Assembly: GCA_000934665.2 (NCBI GenBank)
Contig: KZ538959.1
Span: forward strand, 1 to 38,609
Reading direction: 5' to 3'
Source: Catajapyx aquilonaris
Lineage: Eukaryota
DNA length: 38,609 nucleotides
This document shows, piece after piece, positions 24,250 to 36,549 of this stretch; the stretch's first letter is position 1, and every line of letters begins with the position of its first letter. The notes beneath the pieces were generated by a model. It ran no database searches. It saw nothing but the letters and a program-made list of their open reading frames with translations, and was not told the DNA's origin. The position numbers and the translations under genes were made by a program.

Positions 24250-25600
24250 TTCCTACGTTTCCAACCGGATTACAGTGGTGCGGACCACTGGACTTGCAAT
24301 AATACAGTCAACTCGTTTGTTTCGTACACAGGGCCCTAGATTAGGCCTCGCTCTCTCATTTTTTTTAGGGGATGCTAGGGTGCTTATTATTGTCAAATTG
24401 CTTTGCCGATACCTGCGGATGAAGCCAGTTAATTCTTCTGTATCCGGGGCTCTGTAATTTTCGCTTTTTAGCTTGGATGCAAATTCTCTTCCGGAATCCC
24501 GCACTGATATGGTGGTTTTTGCAGACAGAAATGTACGGGGCTGGAATAAGCGAGAGAGAGGACTGTGAGACTGCTGGTCCATCGTTTCATTGGCCACTGT
24601 TAATTACGAGTGAGCCGGAAGTGTTGCCATGGCGATCGATTGTACTTTCTCCACAAATAACTAAAAGTGATCTGCAGCGGAAGGTGAGTCGTCTAGAGGA
24701 GAAAACCGAGACATCTTCGAGCTATAGGATTACATTGGCATGTTCGGAAATTGCACTACCATCTGATGAGTCTATAGGTCTACATGGTAGCAGAATTCTT
24801 GTGGAACACCCTATATATGTTGATACAGCTATTTACCACACATTTCGGCCAACTCCACATTAATAGTCCATATCACTTTATGCACAAATGATTGTCCGAC
24901 CTGATCGTAGCGCTGTATCTGTCGCATGAGTGTGCAGAGGGAGGGTGCGCCATCTATGCGTGAAGAATACTACTACCTGGTAAATCTGCGGGCAATCTCA
25001 TTAAATTTTTTTATTGTCACCGTTATACTTCTACCATTTTGGCAACGGGTTCACTAGTAATAAATAATAGCACAAGCCGATAATATCAAGCAACTCTGAA
25101 CCTTGTAATGCTGCGTCATGCAGCAGGCTATACCCTTCATCATTGCCTTACACAATAAAGGGGGGTTTATAGCAGCGCACAACACCCTGATTGTCTTGTA
25201 ATCAATGCTTGGTCCCCTGGATATTCCACCTGGCAGAGTTCTCGCCAGGCCGTATTCGGTGACCGTAGTGTAATAACTGAGCAACGGCTCGATTTGGTTC
25301 GCACACACGAGCACCGAAAGGGCAGGAAGTTTCCCGACGATGAGGTTGAGTGATCCGAGGGTAGTTCCGGATTATAATAAGCCAGGGATACAGCACATGA
25401 GGGAGAGAAAGTGTGATAGTTCAGGCCGCATTCTCTGCTATAATAGGCCCTGGCCATGGATTCAGTCAGAGGCGTATATACTACTAGGGAAGGGGGGGAA
25501 AACCGGATAGATCTTTTGGCCTGCGAGCAGGAGATAACTCTGCTTGCATCCGACTCTCTAGCTCTCTCCAATCTTCTGTCGCCCAATGCATCTGCCAGGA
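24250..25600 (+). mobile_element. Degenerate LINE: APE C-terminus to RT domain 2
   Basis: ESRTDMVVFADRNVRGW and SFHWPLL (APE end); LGPLDIP (cf. PGPDGIP); AGSFPTMRLSDPRVVPDYNKPG and FRPHSLL (~25320-25440). Confidence 0.55.
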
Positions 25601-26059
25601 ATTATAACTAGGAGAAACTCCTAACTAATTACACTCTGGCTATAACTCATTAAAACCGAAAATGGCCTTTCGTGAATCCAATTGCTAATTATTTTTTTTT
25701 GCAAATCGATGACGTCACACTTGGGTGCACACGGGTCATTCAAAACTCACGTCCAGTTTGATGGCGAATTCTTGCATGAATGGGCATACTGAAAATCTGA
25801 ACAATGCATGTAAAAAAATAGTGTCCGAAATGTCCAATAGGAGACACAGAACTTTTATCCGTAAAAAAAATCGACTTTCCAAGTGACTAGAAAATATCGG
25901 ACATGTCCCATACATGCTCGTAAGCCTTCCAAAAAAATAAAGTCCACACCATTAATTATTCATCCAGTCCTACATTGCATATTGATACAGTACATAAAAC
26001 CCTGCCAATACCACGCCTGTTGATTCCTGGCACTTGGGCCAAATTTTACACGGGGTTTT

Positions 26060-26400
26060 TTTTTTACAACAGCACCGGGCTCAAGATACGAGGCGCCTGG
26101 GGCATGAGATAAGCCTCCATGTCGATGTCGAAACGACGTAGAAAAGGATGCAAAAGAGAGTCGACACACACGTTTTTCCAGCCGCCTTTTCCAATATAGA
26201 CAGGGGCAAAGGTAATGGCTTCCGATGCGTCCATTTATGACCCAAACGTGCGGGTAATGAGTTTTCTCCCCTCATTGCGTCAGCTAAAAAAAAAAACACA
26301 CCCCAAAAAGTGGGAATTCGCCGACGGTCAAATGGAGAGTGATGGGCATCCAGGGATTGAGGATTTAGAACCGCGCGATCATTTATTTATCACTTGACAA
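26060..26400 (+). mobile_element. Degenerate LINE RNase H
   Basis: FTTAPGS...GA; VMASDAS; DGHPGIEDLEPRDHL (cf. GHxGIxGNExADxL). May belong to the preceding element. Confidence 0.45.
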
Positions 26401-27224
26401 TAAATTAGAGCGAGTGGCGATGAATCACAATGGAAATGTGCAATATTGCATTAATTTCATGGTGGCTACCGTTTGGTGGAAACCATCGATTATGCTCCGC
26501 CGCTGAATGAATTACCCGCCTTTTGTTGTCCCCACAAACAAGCTTCAAGGCACAAGTGGTCCACAACCAGTGTTTCGCAAAAAAATATAAAATAAAAATC
26601 TTCCAATATCCCTGACGTTAAATTCTCCTTTTAAAGCCTATATGGTGTCATCATAGAACCCTTTTCCCCCCCACTTTCATTTGTCAGTCTGTCACTACTC
26701 TCCCCTGAGCCAGGTTCCGATCGGAAAGACAACGTTTACATTGCCGGTAGTCATCAATAATTCTGACACTCGTCAATAAGGTGGACTCCATCATTCACTA
26801 TGTAACCAGATTTTGGGATGAGCTTCTCTTGCACACACAAAAAAAAGCGGTTCCCATTCTACTCGACCATTTTTGCAGCCCCAACCAGTTTTTTCTTCTT
26901 CCTCTCTCGGCAACTCCCCGAAATTCTTCCAAAGCTGAGTAATGTTCCCCCCTCCCCCCTCCCTCTCCCCTCTGAAAAGTTAGAATGGCCAACTTCCTCT
27001 CCTGCAGGCCCATTCGTTGACTTGATGGCGACTTGTGGGTTAGTCTAATCAGAGGGGTACTTCCTCCACTTTCATTGGGCTGCTGGATTCCTCATTTATT
27101 TCCCCCAGTGCAGGTGAATTATTCGGTTCCCTGCTATACGACCAAAGAGAGGAAGAACGCTCCAGAGGATACTTTTTAAATATATAAAGGTAGCAAATGG
27201 CCCAACCAATGGTCCAACGCTCAG

Positions 27225-27318
27225 ACTGCGCATAATATGCTCCAAGCGCACTCTACTGCGCCGCTAGGGAGCATATGCGCAGAACGCTGCGCAGAACAGT
27301 CTTCAGTTTCATCTCAAC
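27225..27318. repeat. TGCGCA-rich short dispersed element, copy 1 (left part inverted)
   Basis: 26-nt gagcatatgcgcagaacgctgcgcag (27269-27294) is identical to 37588-37613. Terminal gtttcatctcaac (27306-27318) is identical to 37650-37662. Confidence 0.9.
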
Positions 27319-27899
27319 TGTCTTATGTCAGTAAATATTCAAAAAACAGCTACCTCTGAAGATCCTAAAATTAGTTTTGAAAAAATTCCCAGCAGTTGTC
27401 ATTTGAATGCCCAGCAGCTGACGTCCTGGACGTACACGACGCACCGTTTTCTGCAATGATCATATGCCAGTTGGTTTCATTTTCGTGTGCAAAAAGGCAC
27501 GCATAATTGGTGGAAGGAAGAGAGGATGCTGGCAACTGATGGCAGCAGGCATATTCGTTGAAGAAGGATAGGCCTAGGTCTTCTCTCCTTCAAAAGGCTG
27601 TAATTTAGGAGCGCTTACAAGCAGCTGTCGCGGGCGGAGATTGCGGAAATCGCCAGGGAAAGGCTGGAGTTAAGCTCAGTGGCATGGCGCCAATCCCCCA
27701 ATTTAGACTTGGAAACACACAGTTAATGTCCGTACTTTTCAAAGCCTCCCCCCCTCGCAAAACAGCCCAAGAAAAACCCTCCATCATCAGTTATAGCGCC
27801 CATATATATGGAATGGAAAATATGGGGAGTGATCGACTTGTGTTGTGCAAATTGGATCCCCCGCACCGGTTTGAAAGCTCATTTGGCAAATGGAACCGG

Positions 27900-28850
27900 C
27901 GGCTAAATGGCCTAAAATTGATTCGTCGTCCCTTGGGCTCTCTAAGGTCTTTGTTCCAGACTGGTGACCGGAGGAAGTATGATTACGCCATCTGCCCGGA
28001 TCAAAGAGATGAAAGAAAATCCGGAGAGGAGGGGTAAGGTCAAGGAAATGGTCGCGTCCAAATTGCTAATCAAGTCCGGGCAAGGAAATGGCATTTGCAG
28101 CAGGCTAGGAAACTCTCCAGGCGCTGGCAAAAGCGGTTGGCATGCTAATTTAAATCTGCGGTATGCAAATGGGACGGCAAGGTCCCCGCCATGTCGCAGG
28201 TCCAAGTGTCAACACGAATCGTCTCCGCTCGTAATTGCCTTCTTTTGTGCCTTTGGAGCGCCGTTTACGCGCCTACAATCCTAGATTCGCCCGCCGATAA
28301 AGAACCTTAAGGATGTTCCCCACCACCCCTTTTGCATAATGGACCTGCCAGCCCGGAAATCTTCGGCTTTACCACCTCTTTTATGCAGACCAAGGCGGCC
28401 ACACGCACACATCATTCCTTCAGACGAAAGACTTACGAGTACTATCGGAGACGTCGAGTTACGGACGCTTTTTCGCTTCTTGCCCATCAGTTGTTTTCCT
28501 GTTACTCTCACGCGCCTAATTCAGCGCGCCATCTGTTGGCATATATTGATACCGAATTGCTATCCACAATTGTGCGGGTGTTAGAATCCTCCGCAATTAG
28601 AAGTCAAAGGACCCACCTATAAGTTAGTGATGATCGTAAAAGTGTCGTCGCAGGGCAAACAGAATGAATAGTGCAAGAGGAAGCCGACGAGGTGCAATAA
28701 AACCCGCTGGACAGCTGGTAATCCCAGCGTTGCACCCCGGCTAACGTTCTGATCAAACAGGTTGATGGTGACAATTAAAAGCTTGTCGGCAGATTATCTG
28801 CTCGCAAATAAACCCGGCCATTTCCTTTTTGCTGATTACGACCTGCGATT
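27900..28850 (+). mobile_element. Degenerate LINE RT (domains 1-4)
   Basis: GAGKSGWHANLNL...SSPLVIAFFC; SPEIFGF (cf. SPxQFGF); VTDAFSLLAH (cf. DxxxAFxxVxH); GNP-like domain 4 remnant at ~28715. Confidence 0.5.
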
Positions 28851-29529
28851 AAGATCATTTAATCAGTCCCCTCAAAAAAGATGTCGCCCCTTTTCATATT
28901 GATAAGATTGAACTGAGACATGATATTATTGCAGTTTCCCCCTCTTAAACTCTTCGCTTCTTTTGAGAAGTTGCAGCTGCTGGACCAGCGGCAACAGCAG
29001 CACCAAGCAGAGAAATTAAATTAGAGGAATCAATAAGGAGCAATCTTCAGCTGCTGGAGAAGAGCCTTTGCCTTCTTGTATATGCTTAATTCAGCTCTTC
29101 GAGCTCCATTTTTTTTTCTTCCTGGAGAATTTATAAATTCTTTGCGTCGAGTGGAATTGAATTAACAGTTTCCGTCCTGTATTCATTTTTTTTTTTTGAA
29201 GGGTTTCAAGTGGACCCGCTTGCCGCCGCCTTTCACGTTTGGATTTTTCATCAGTCAGGATTTGAGCTATACTGTAAGCTTTACGAACTTTAAATAAAAA
29301 AAGCTATAAATATTTAAGCACTTTTCGCACAGAATAGGTGGCAAAACGTAATTTGCATGGTACGTCCCTGTAAAAATATTCAAGTTCTCATTGCTAGTAC
29401 AGTTGATAAATGAGTGTTGTTAAAACTTACTGCGAAACATGGCTGTTGAACCAGTTAATTTTATGCCCTAGTTAGTAACCTGGATGCAACCTGCCAACTG
29501 CAGCACAGGTCGGCGAATATCAAAGAAAA

Positions 29530-31700
29530 TGAACTTTGTTAGAAATCCTTCCTGATGCAAAATTCAATTGCAAGCGAAATCGGGTGTACGACAAGAACCC
29601 TCTCCTCCTCTTCTTGCACCATGGTTCAAATAAAGAGCAAACGTTCCCCCTCGGGTTGGCCTTTCATCAAATAGGGTGCCTTCAACTCCTGATCCGAAGC
29701 AATAGAAACCGGGTTGACAGAAGAAAATTTGAAAAGGAGGTCCCGCGAAGATTTCTTTGAAATAGAGGTGCATCCAGGCAGCGCGTCTATCTCTTCCTTT
29801 CACTATGGGGCGCCCCTGTGTTTGCGAGGCTGACTGGGAGAGTCTGCAAGCATCACCTTGAAATATATCTCCAAGCCTTTTCTTCTCACATAATAACCCC
29901 TGCAGTTTCCCTTGAAATAAGGCCAGAGAGTTTTTGTTGAAACTAACGGCAAGAAAGAAAAATTGCGCAGTGGCAATTTCATCTTCGTGCTGAACCGGAG
30001 TTAGCATGAAATTTTTTTTTTGGCAGGGGGTATAGTTCTCTGCTGGTTCAAGAAAATTATGACGGATGATTTGATTTGCTCGGGTCAAGAACCGATTGGT
30101 GTGGCGCATTACCAGCTGGCACGTCACCTTTTCTGCGTTGATCGATGGTGCCAACTGTCAGATCCCGAAGACCCCCAGAACTGTACGAACGATAAAGCAA
30201 CATTTGAAGTGTTACCAGATATAACTGTCATCATCACCCGTCTGCACCAAACTTACCTCAAAAAACCCACAAAAATCTCCAGTTATTTATGGCTAGAATA
30301 TCCCAGCAGGACACTGCATGTTGAACTTTCCCAACACCAAAATCTCGTACCCCTCAAATATGGCCGTAAATGGCAACAACCTGCAGTGGCTTCACACCGT
30401 CATATTCTATAGTCAAGCTTTAAAAAGCTTCATAAGCCTAGCCCCTGGGTCATAATACCCTTAGCATAAACCACTTGCAAAAGCCAGATCCCAACCCTGT
30501 CCATTTGGGACCCTTGTTTGCACACGGGGTGTTAGAAGAACGGGCCTGATGTTCATCGTGTGAGCATGGAGGGGAAATCTGGTGTTAAACAGAACTTAAG
30601 AAAAAGCCTTTTCCACTTGATGCGGTTGGAGGAAAGCTTAGGATTAGTCCTAGACTGATGACACTAGATCGCGAACTCTACAACGTACTCTGTACAGTAC
30701 AGTAATAGGAGCTCTGATATACTGTACTGGACCACGTCCCAATAGTAGCGGTTGCAGCAGCAAAATAATATCATATGCTTAACCAATTAACATTCACAAC
30801 CTGTACGCTTCAACCAGGAGTTAAATCCGCTTTTATCAATATTCGAGCTAGGCCACCCTTTTTACGCACTCTCCCCTACTATACATTGCCTGGAATAATT
30901 ACCTTCACAATAACACCATTACACATGCAGTATATTTGTCAAAAATTGCCAATTAATATCTCAAAATCAAATCACTGCATTTCAGCTCCAAATTTGACCA
31001 AGTCTTGCATTCACCCAGAATTTTTTGTGTGTGCTGCCTGTAACTTCACAACTTGTACCGCACACTGTGTAACTGCAAATGGAGTCCGGTTCCCACTTTT
31101 AAAAAACCGGGTCCAGCTCTGCAATATGCTCGCTTTTCCCAGCAGGTTAAGCAACGCCTCAGGTGGCCTATTCTGCCCCAGCGGGCCAACGCCCCCCAAA
31201 ATCCCTAATTATAACAGCCTCCAAATTTTGCGAGGGCCATGACAGGTATTGTGCTTCGCCTTGCAAAACGTTTGTTGAGTCCCCCTGTGTCTTCAGGGAA
31301 CCCAAGCCTGGGAGGCATCCAGTGGATTCAAAGCTTTCTCTTCCAGCACTTATCATGTGCGACGCTCAAAGTGTCCAGGCTTCTCATCAAGGATCTACTG
31401 TACATGCAAATGCTCTCTGCGGCGGAAACCACGGGCGCACACAGCTTGCGGCACCGACGCCCAACTAATAGAGGTAGGTCTAGGTGCGGCTATCGCACAA
31501 GATAAGGGCCGGACCCGGTTATTTCCACTGGAATGCAGCCAAACTGATACGGTCCTGCTGGAAACATGCTCCGAGGTGTTCCAAGATATGCTCCGGACCA
31601 GACGAACCATTTCACCGCGACAGAGAAAAAAAAACTGTGCAAATTACAAAATTATAGTTGTCAGCTAGAATCCGCTGCCGGCACCTTTTTGCATATAACA
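29530..31700 (+). mobile_element. Best-preserved Ingi-like non-LTR remnant: RT, RNase H and Cys-rich region
   Basis: MTDDLICSGQEPIGVAHYQLARHLFCVDRWC (domains 5-6); CAACNFTTCTAHCVTANGVRFPLLK (cf. Ingi GAGxLxCSYRAECVA...LLK); LAFPSRLS...SGP (cf. IFSDSLS...GP); QSFLFQH (cf. LQFVFGH); ETCSEVFQDMLR...SPRQ (cf. RTGxS..GWMLR...PxQC). Confidence 0.75.
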
Positions 31701-32249
31701 GGGTCCAATTAAAACTCCAGCAGCCCAGTGTTCCGCGGGCGACGAAAACATGGCGACCTGTTTTGGGAATCTACGCAAAACCTAACCGATCAGTGGCTGA
31801 AGCCGCACTCGGCACGAAAACAGGTCTGTTAATCAGAAACCGCGTGGTAGAGAGTTTCGTTTGTTTGCACAATACCCTTTCATCAAATGGCCCTGCCTAA
31901 CTGTGGGATGCTAATGCTGGGTTCCATGATAATTCCCTGACTAGTTGCCCTGAAAGGTACGGATTTCGCGGTCTGAATCCTGGCTTAGGAATTCTTGCAA
32001 ACGACAAAATCAAACAAAAATTGGCCACATAATGTTAATTGATAAGTGATTTCATTGAATCGATTACATGTTCAATATCCTGACACGTACGCCACCAACA
32101 TAACTTCCCTGTGCTACTGGCACCCTGTATTCAGGCGCTAAAAGTTTTACAAAATAAATAATAAATAAATGAAAATGAAAAGCAAGTTGTACAGTCGGGC
32201 GCTATACAGTTTAGTCAGTGATTACTGAATAATGTTTCAGCAGTTTATA

Positions 32250-34770
32250 AACGGATATGCTGTGGTCAGCGAACTCTGATAGGATTAAATATTTATAACC
32301 TTTTAGGAAGCATCTGTGCGAGAAAAGTTGGTGGCTAATTTTCAGAACTGTGCGCATAATAGCCACGGTAAATTAGGCAGACGTAAGGTTTTTGCACCCC
32401 TTGTAATTTATTCCTGTCAGAGCAACACATACACCAGTTTATCAGCCACCAGATTTCAATCCAGGCCATGTCACTATAGTTATTTTGATGCACCAACACA
32501 ATTTGCTTACTGCACGTAATTTCCGCAAAGAGACCACAATTTCCCCCATTTGCGGCGCACAAGCTTTTACGTAACAAAACACGACATAAATATTTCATTA
32601 ATCTCTCGACCCAATGATTTTATCACTGTTTGCTTTTCCGCCAAAAAGATGTGGACCAAACAAATGCGTTCGGTTTAACACACAACCATAACACGGTTAA
32701 TTCCTGCGCGCAAAATATACACAAGGCCAGCTCATTTTACCTGCGGTTATAAACTCTTGTGTCCCACACGAAATTTATTCACCAATTTGTTCAGGTAGGG
32801 TATACTTGCAATAATCCTAATTATTATAGTTCATTTTAATTGTGGATTTTTTTATTACAGTTCTGGTCTCCTGTGATTAAGTCTGAATTTACTCTACTTT
32901 AGAATCGCACTAATGGACGTCCGTAAAATAGATAGGTGGGCTTGTAAAATGGTGGGTTTGTAGGAGGCGAAAATCCACTTTCTTGGCCAAGTAAAAAATT
33001 AGCAGTCTGGCGTGTTTCGATTACCGACAAGGACCTCCCAAAGATAGAAGCCCTGTTCCAAGATTAATGGGGGTGACCCAATTCCTCTGATTTTACCGAT
33101 GACAGCGTCCCCGCCTCCCAATCTTGAGGAGCTCCCATTAACAGTAAATTCCAAAGGGGGAGAAAAAAAGGGAATTTGCATAAAATCTATAATATTTTAA
33201 CGATGCGGCTTGTCGCTGCCTTTTGACGCTGAAAATGGGCAAAATTACATACGAGTGGAAATCCAGAGTTCAGTTGCAGCCAGGGCATAAATAAAGGCTT
33301 GGAAAGGGTGGTAAAAAAAAGTGTACTAGCCCACATTGAATTGCATGAGAGAGGGTCGAAACTTTGACACGGATTATTCAGCCAGACCCATAGCGGTTAG
33401 GGGGTCTGGGGGGGTTTTGTGGGAAAATCCGCTGCAGATTGAGGCGGAAGTTTCAGCTCCAGGGAAAGAGAGAGAAGAAAAAAAAGAAGCATATACGTCA
33501 GACATACACTAGATGCAGGAAGAAACCTCTCCATTCCCTTCGTTATCGGATTTTCCTTCACAAAAGGAAGAAGAAAAAAAGAGGATGCTGAATCCATAGG
33601 ACGGACAAGAGTGCCGCCTACTGCTTTTAGTCCAAATCCAATACACAAGTCATGCCTTCCGTCAGAAAAATGGCCTGCTCATGGAAACAAATCTGGTCTT
33701 TGGACAGCATGCAAAACTTGATAATGTCTGACGTGATCTGGAAACATATGGAGCCCAGAAAATATAATGAGTCAGCAAGCTTCACCCTGGAGCTGGACAT
33801 TAATTCCGTCACACTGCTAGCGACATTTTCCGATGCGGAAGACGTGGAAATCGAAGGGATAGAGTGCGAGCCGTGCGAGTAAGAAATGGTAGCCCTTGGG
33901 TGACGTCACTGTCCATTGCCCCCCATCCGGTGACGTCACCCAAGGCCTACCTCTTCTTACTCGCACGGCTCACACTTCGATTTGCACTTCTTCCGCATTG
34001 TCGCTAGTCAGTAAGACGCGATTAATGTCCAACACTGTACGTCGAGTTGCATCACGCCAGGATGAAATAGTCGGCCAAATCTTTATGGAACCGACAGTAC
34101 ATTCAGCCCAAGAAAACACCATACGGCACACGCTCTCATTTGAAAAAATAAAGCAGGCAATACAGCTGGCGGGTAGATACGAAAAGAGTTGATAAGAGTA
34201 AAGCCGCAGCCGAGGCAAAGTGTGAGAGAAGCGGCAGAGAGTCGGCAGTTTGCTAGGCAATCCGCAGGAAAATAAAGCCCCGGCAGAGTCCTAATTCACG
34301 CGCTTGCAGGATAAAAGGTGGCGTTGAATGTTGGGCGTCGAGTTTATCAGGCAGGCAGGCAGGGGGCTGTTGGCCTCCTTCGCCCAAAAAGCACTTCCAT
34401 TTTCAGGCCCACTTTCACAGCCAACCCTACCAACTAGACTGCCGGGAATTACGTGACTTCTCTTTCTTCCAATCTGCACCTCTCTCTCTCTCTGTTTTTT
34501 TCAACCATTCTCACATCCTCCAGTATAGGATGATCGTTTTATCCGCTTGTGCGAGGCTGCAGGGGAAAAGTCGAGGAATCTGCAAACAATATCCGATGCA
34601 TTGTACAGTCATCCATATTTGAGTTCTCTGGGAAAAAAGTTGTAATATTGGCGATCCACCTAATTCTGTGTGAGCTATTAGGCACCTGAGGAAGAACCTT
34701 GCTCTTTCAATACCACTAAGCAAACAGGGTTGAAAAATTAACAGGCAGTTCAGTGCAAGCACTACTTAAT
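32250..34770 (-). mobile_element. Degenerate LINE, (APE?)-linker-RT-thumb
   Basis: LLPFVKENPITKGMERFLPASSVC...LPPQSAADF (domains 1-2); FFYHPFQAF (3); FTVNGSSS...GIGSPPLIL (4); MKYLCRVLL (7); WIEIWW...KLQGVQ...LIYRG (thumb). The APE-like PCLLSGIERA at 34511..34762 is weak. Confidence 0.65.
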
Positions 34771-34802
34771 TAAATTATCATTTCAAGCGTGCCAACGGTG
34801 TC

Positions 34803-36030
34803 TCATGACCTCTGGAGGCAATCCCCCCTGGAACGCACCTAGGGTACAAAGGAATTGGAGAAAAACCTAGGGAAAAAAGGATCAAGTCTAATCCAAGCCA
34901 GGTCCTTTCAGGCAAGGTCCATTAGGATTAGGAGATGCCCCAGTGGAAAAAGGGAATGTGGACCCTTAGGTTGATTAGTAGCATTCCCAGGAGAGGAGGT
35001 AGGAAGGTAAAGAAGGGGCAGGCAAGGCAGTCTAGGGAGCCTTGCTTCCTTCATCTAGGCTCCCCGGGAGACCTCCTTGACTCCATTTTCCTCGGCGCCC
35101 AATAAGTGCGGCGTAACCCGAAGCGCCAGATCTAATGTCCCGTCTACACGGCAATTAGTTAACTTTAGGTTGGCCTCAAATCAAGTTAGGTGGGGACCAC
35201 CACGCAGCCAAACCTCATTAGAGCGATTGTTTGGCCGCCTGTTGACAAATGACCGTTTTAGAGGTGGCCACCGCCGCCTCCTGTTTTTTTCTCTCTTGCC
35301 TTTTTTCGGAAGGTTGGTCCAATCTAAAGGTGCTCTCATCACCTCGACGGGGGCTATAGCCTCAAACCCTTGGTAGGTATAAACCCTGAGATCACAAGCG
35401 GTTTCCTCATTAGCAAACTTCATCCCGCCGAGATAAAACTTTCGGAGAATGCGTCTAATGAAGGAGGCCTGTCTGCTGAAGAAAATGCTGCCATGGTTCC
35501 ACAAAGGGTGCCTCAACACAGCCCCCATCCTTTACAATCGGTTCCCTTCTTGCGGCAAAACCACCCTCATCCAATAGATGGATTAGTTTAAAGAGCTCGT
35601 GCCAGTCTTACACAGCTCAATTACCGAGCCTGACAGGTTTTCCTCAATAGAAAGCGATGAGTACAGCCAACGCTCCGTGGAGTGCAAACCCAATAGCAGA
35701 TTCACACAACCCAAAGGGAGCAGTTGTGGTGCTTAAAATGTCCACTCATTCTTTTTCAGACAGAATGATAATAGGCTTTGAAACACTTGGTGGGACAGGC
35801 GGTACTGGCACATACCAAGTAGTACACGGCGCATTAGAAACGTCAACATCAACTAACTCGCAGGGCCGGTGGACGAACTTGCTAATAGAGACCTGGAGGG
35901 CTACTCGTCACTTAAATCTGCTGCAGTTAAGAAGTAACTCTTACGTATAGAAGTTTTTCCCATGAAACTTTTGGCAGCCTGTACAGAAGGAGCCTTCCTA
36001 ACTTCTGATCAGTTCCCGGTGCGCCACTAC
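34803..36030 (-). mobile_element. Degenerate LTR/DIRS-class RT-RNase H (tyrosine-recombinase retroelement-like)
   Basis: LLLNCSR; VDVDVSNA...VP; APFGLCES (~35722-35699); IAFY*G; LIHLLDEGGF; DIRSGASGYAAL (cf. TDAS); KEARL..TAL; FVP*VRSRGDCLQRS* (34850-34803, cf. VPxxxNxADxLSR). Confidence 0.6.
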
Positions 36031-36549
36031 TTTGCGAGAGAGGCTGTCATTTACATCATTTGTTGCGGTAAGTACCTGCATGTGCTTTTCAGGTAGGATT
36101 TGCGTCACTCTGTGCGTGTGTCTGAACCAGCCTGATTCGCACGGGAGCATGAAATTATGGGTAGGGCGACGACAAAATTGCGGATCATCACATGCGCTTC
36201 GTAATCACTAATGGAAGGCAGATGACAAATCGTCCCACCCGCACTTTTGACGTCTGCTGGCAAAGAATCGCGTGATACATGCGCATACACAGTGTGCAAT
36301 TAGACTAAACCCCCATGCATGTAGTTTACACTGCGCAATGTTGCTGGAAATGCCTGTATACACAGAATGTTCTTCAAAGTGCCCATGTTTTTTAAAAATG
36401 GCATTTGTACCCTTTTGCTCAGATTACTCGTGACGAACACACCAGAGCATGAACACAATCTGCCTAACTTGATTCCAACCAAGTTTGCAAAAGCAACCTG
36501 AGTTGAAGGCAGCTCCGCGTTTATGGAAGTCATCTACATATCTGCAGTA

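Noticed and set aside
26800..27100. Additional RNase H remnant (FLHFHWAAGF), plus strand
   Set aside because: Only one weak motif, too little to call.
29564..30154. Longest ORF (196 aa, minus strand) as a gene
   Set aside because: It is antisense to the clear plus-strand RT (MTDDL...VDRWC) and has no recognisable domain.
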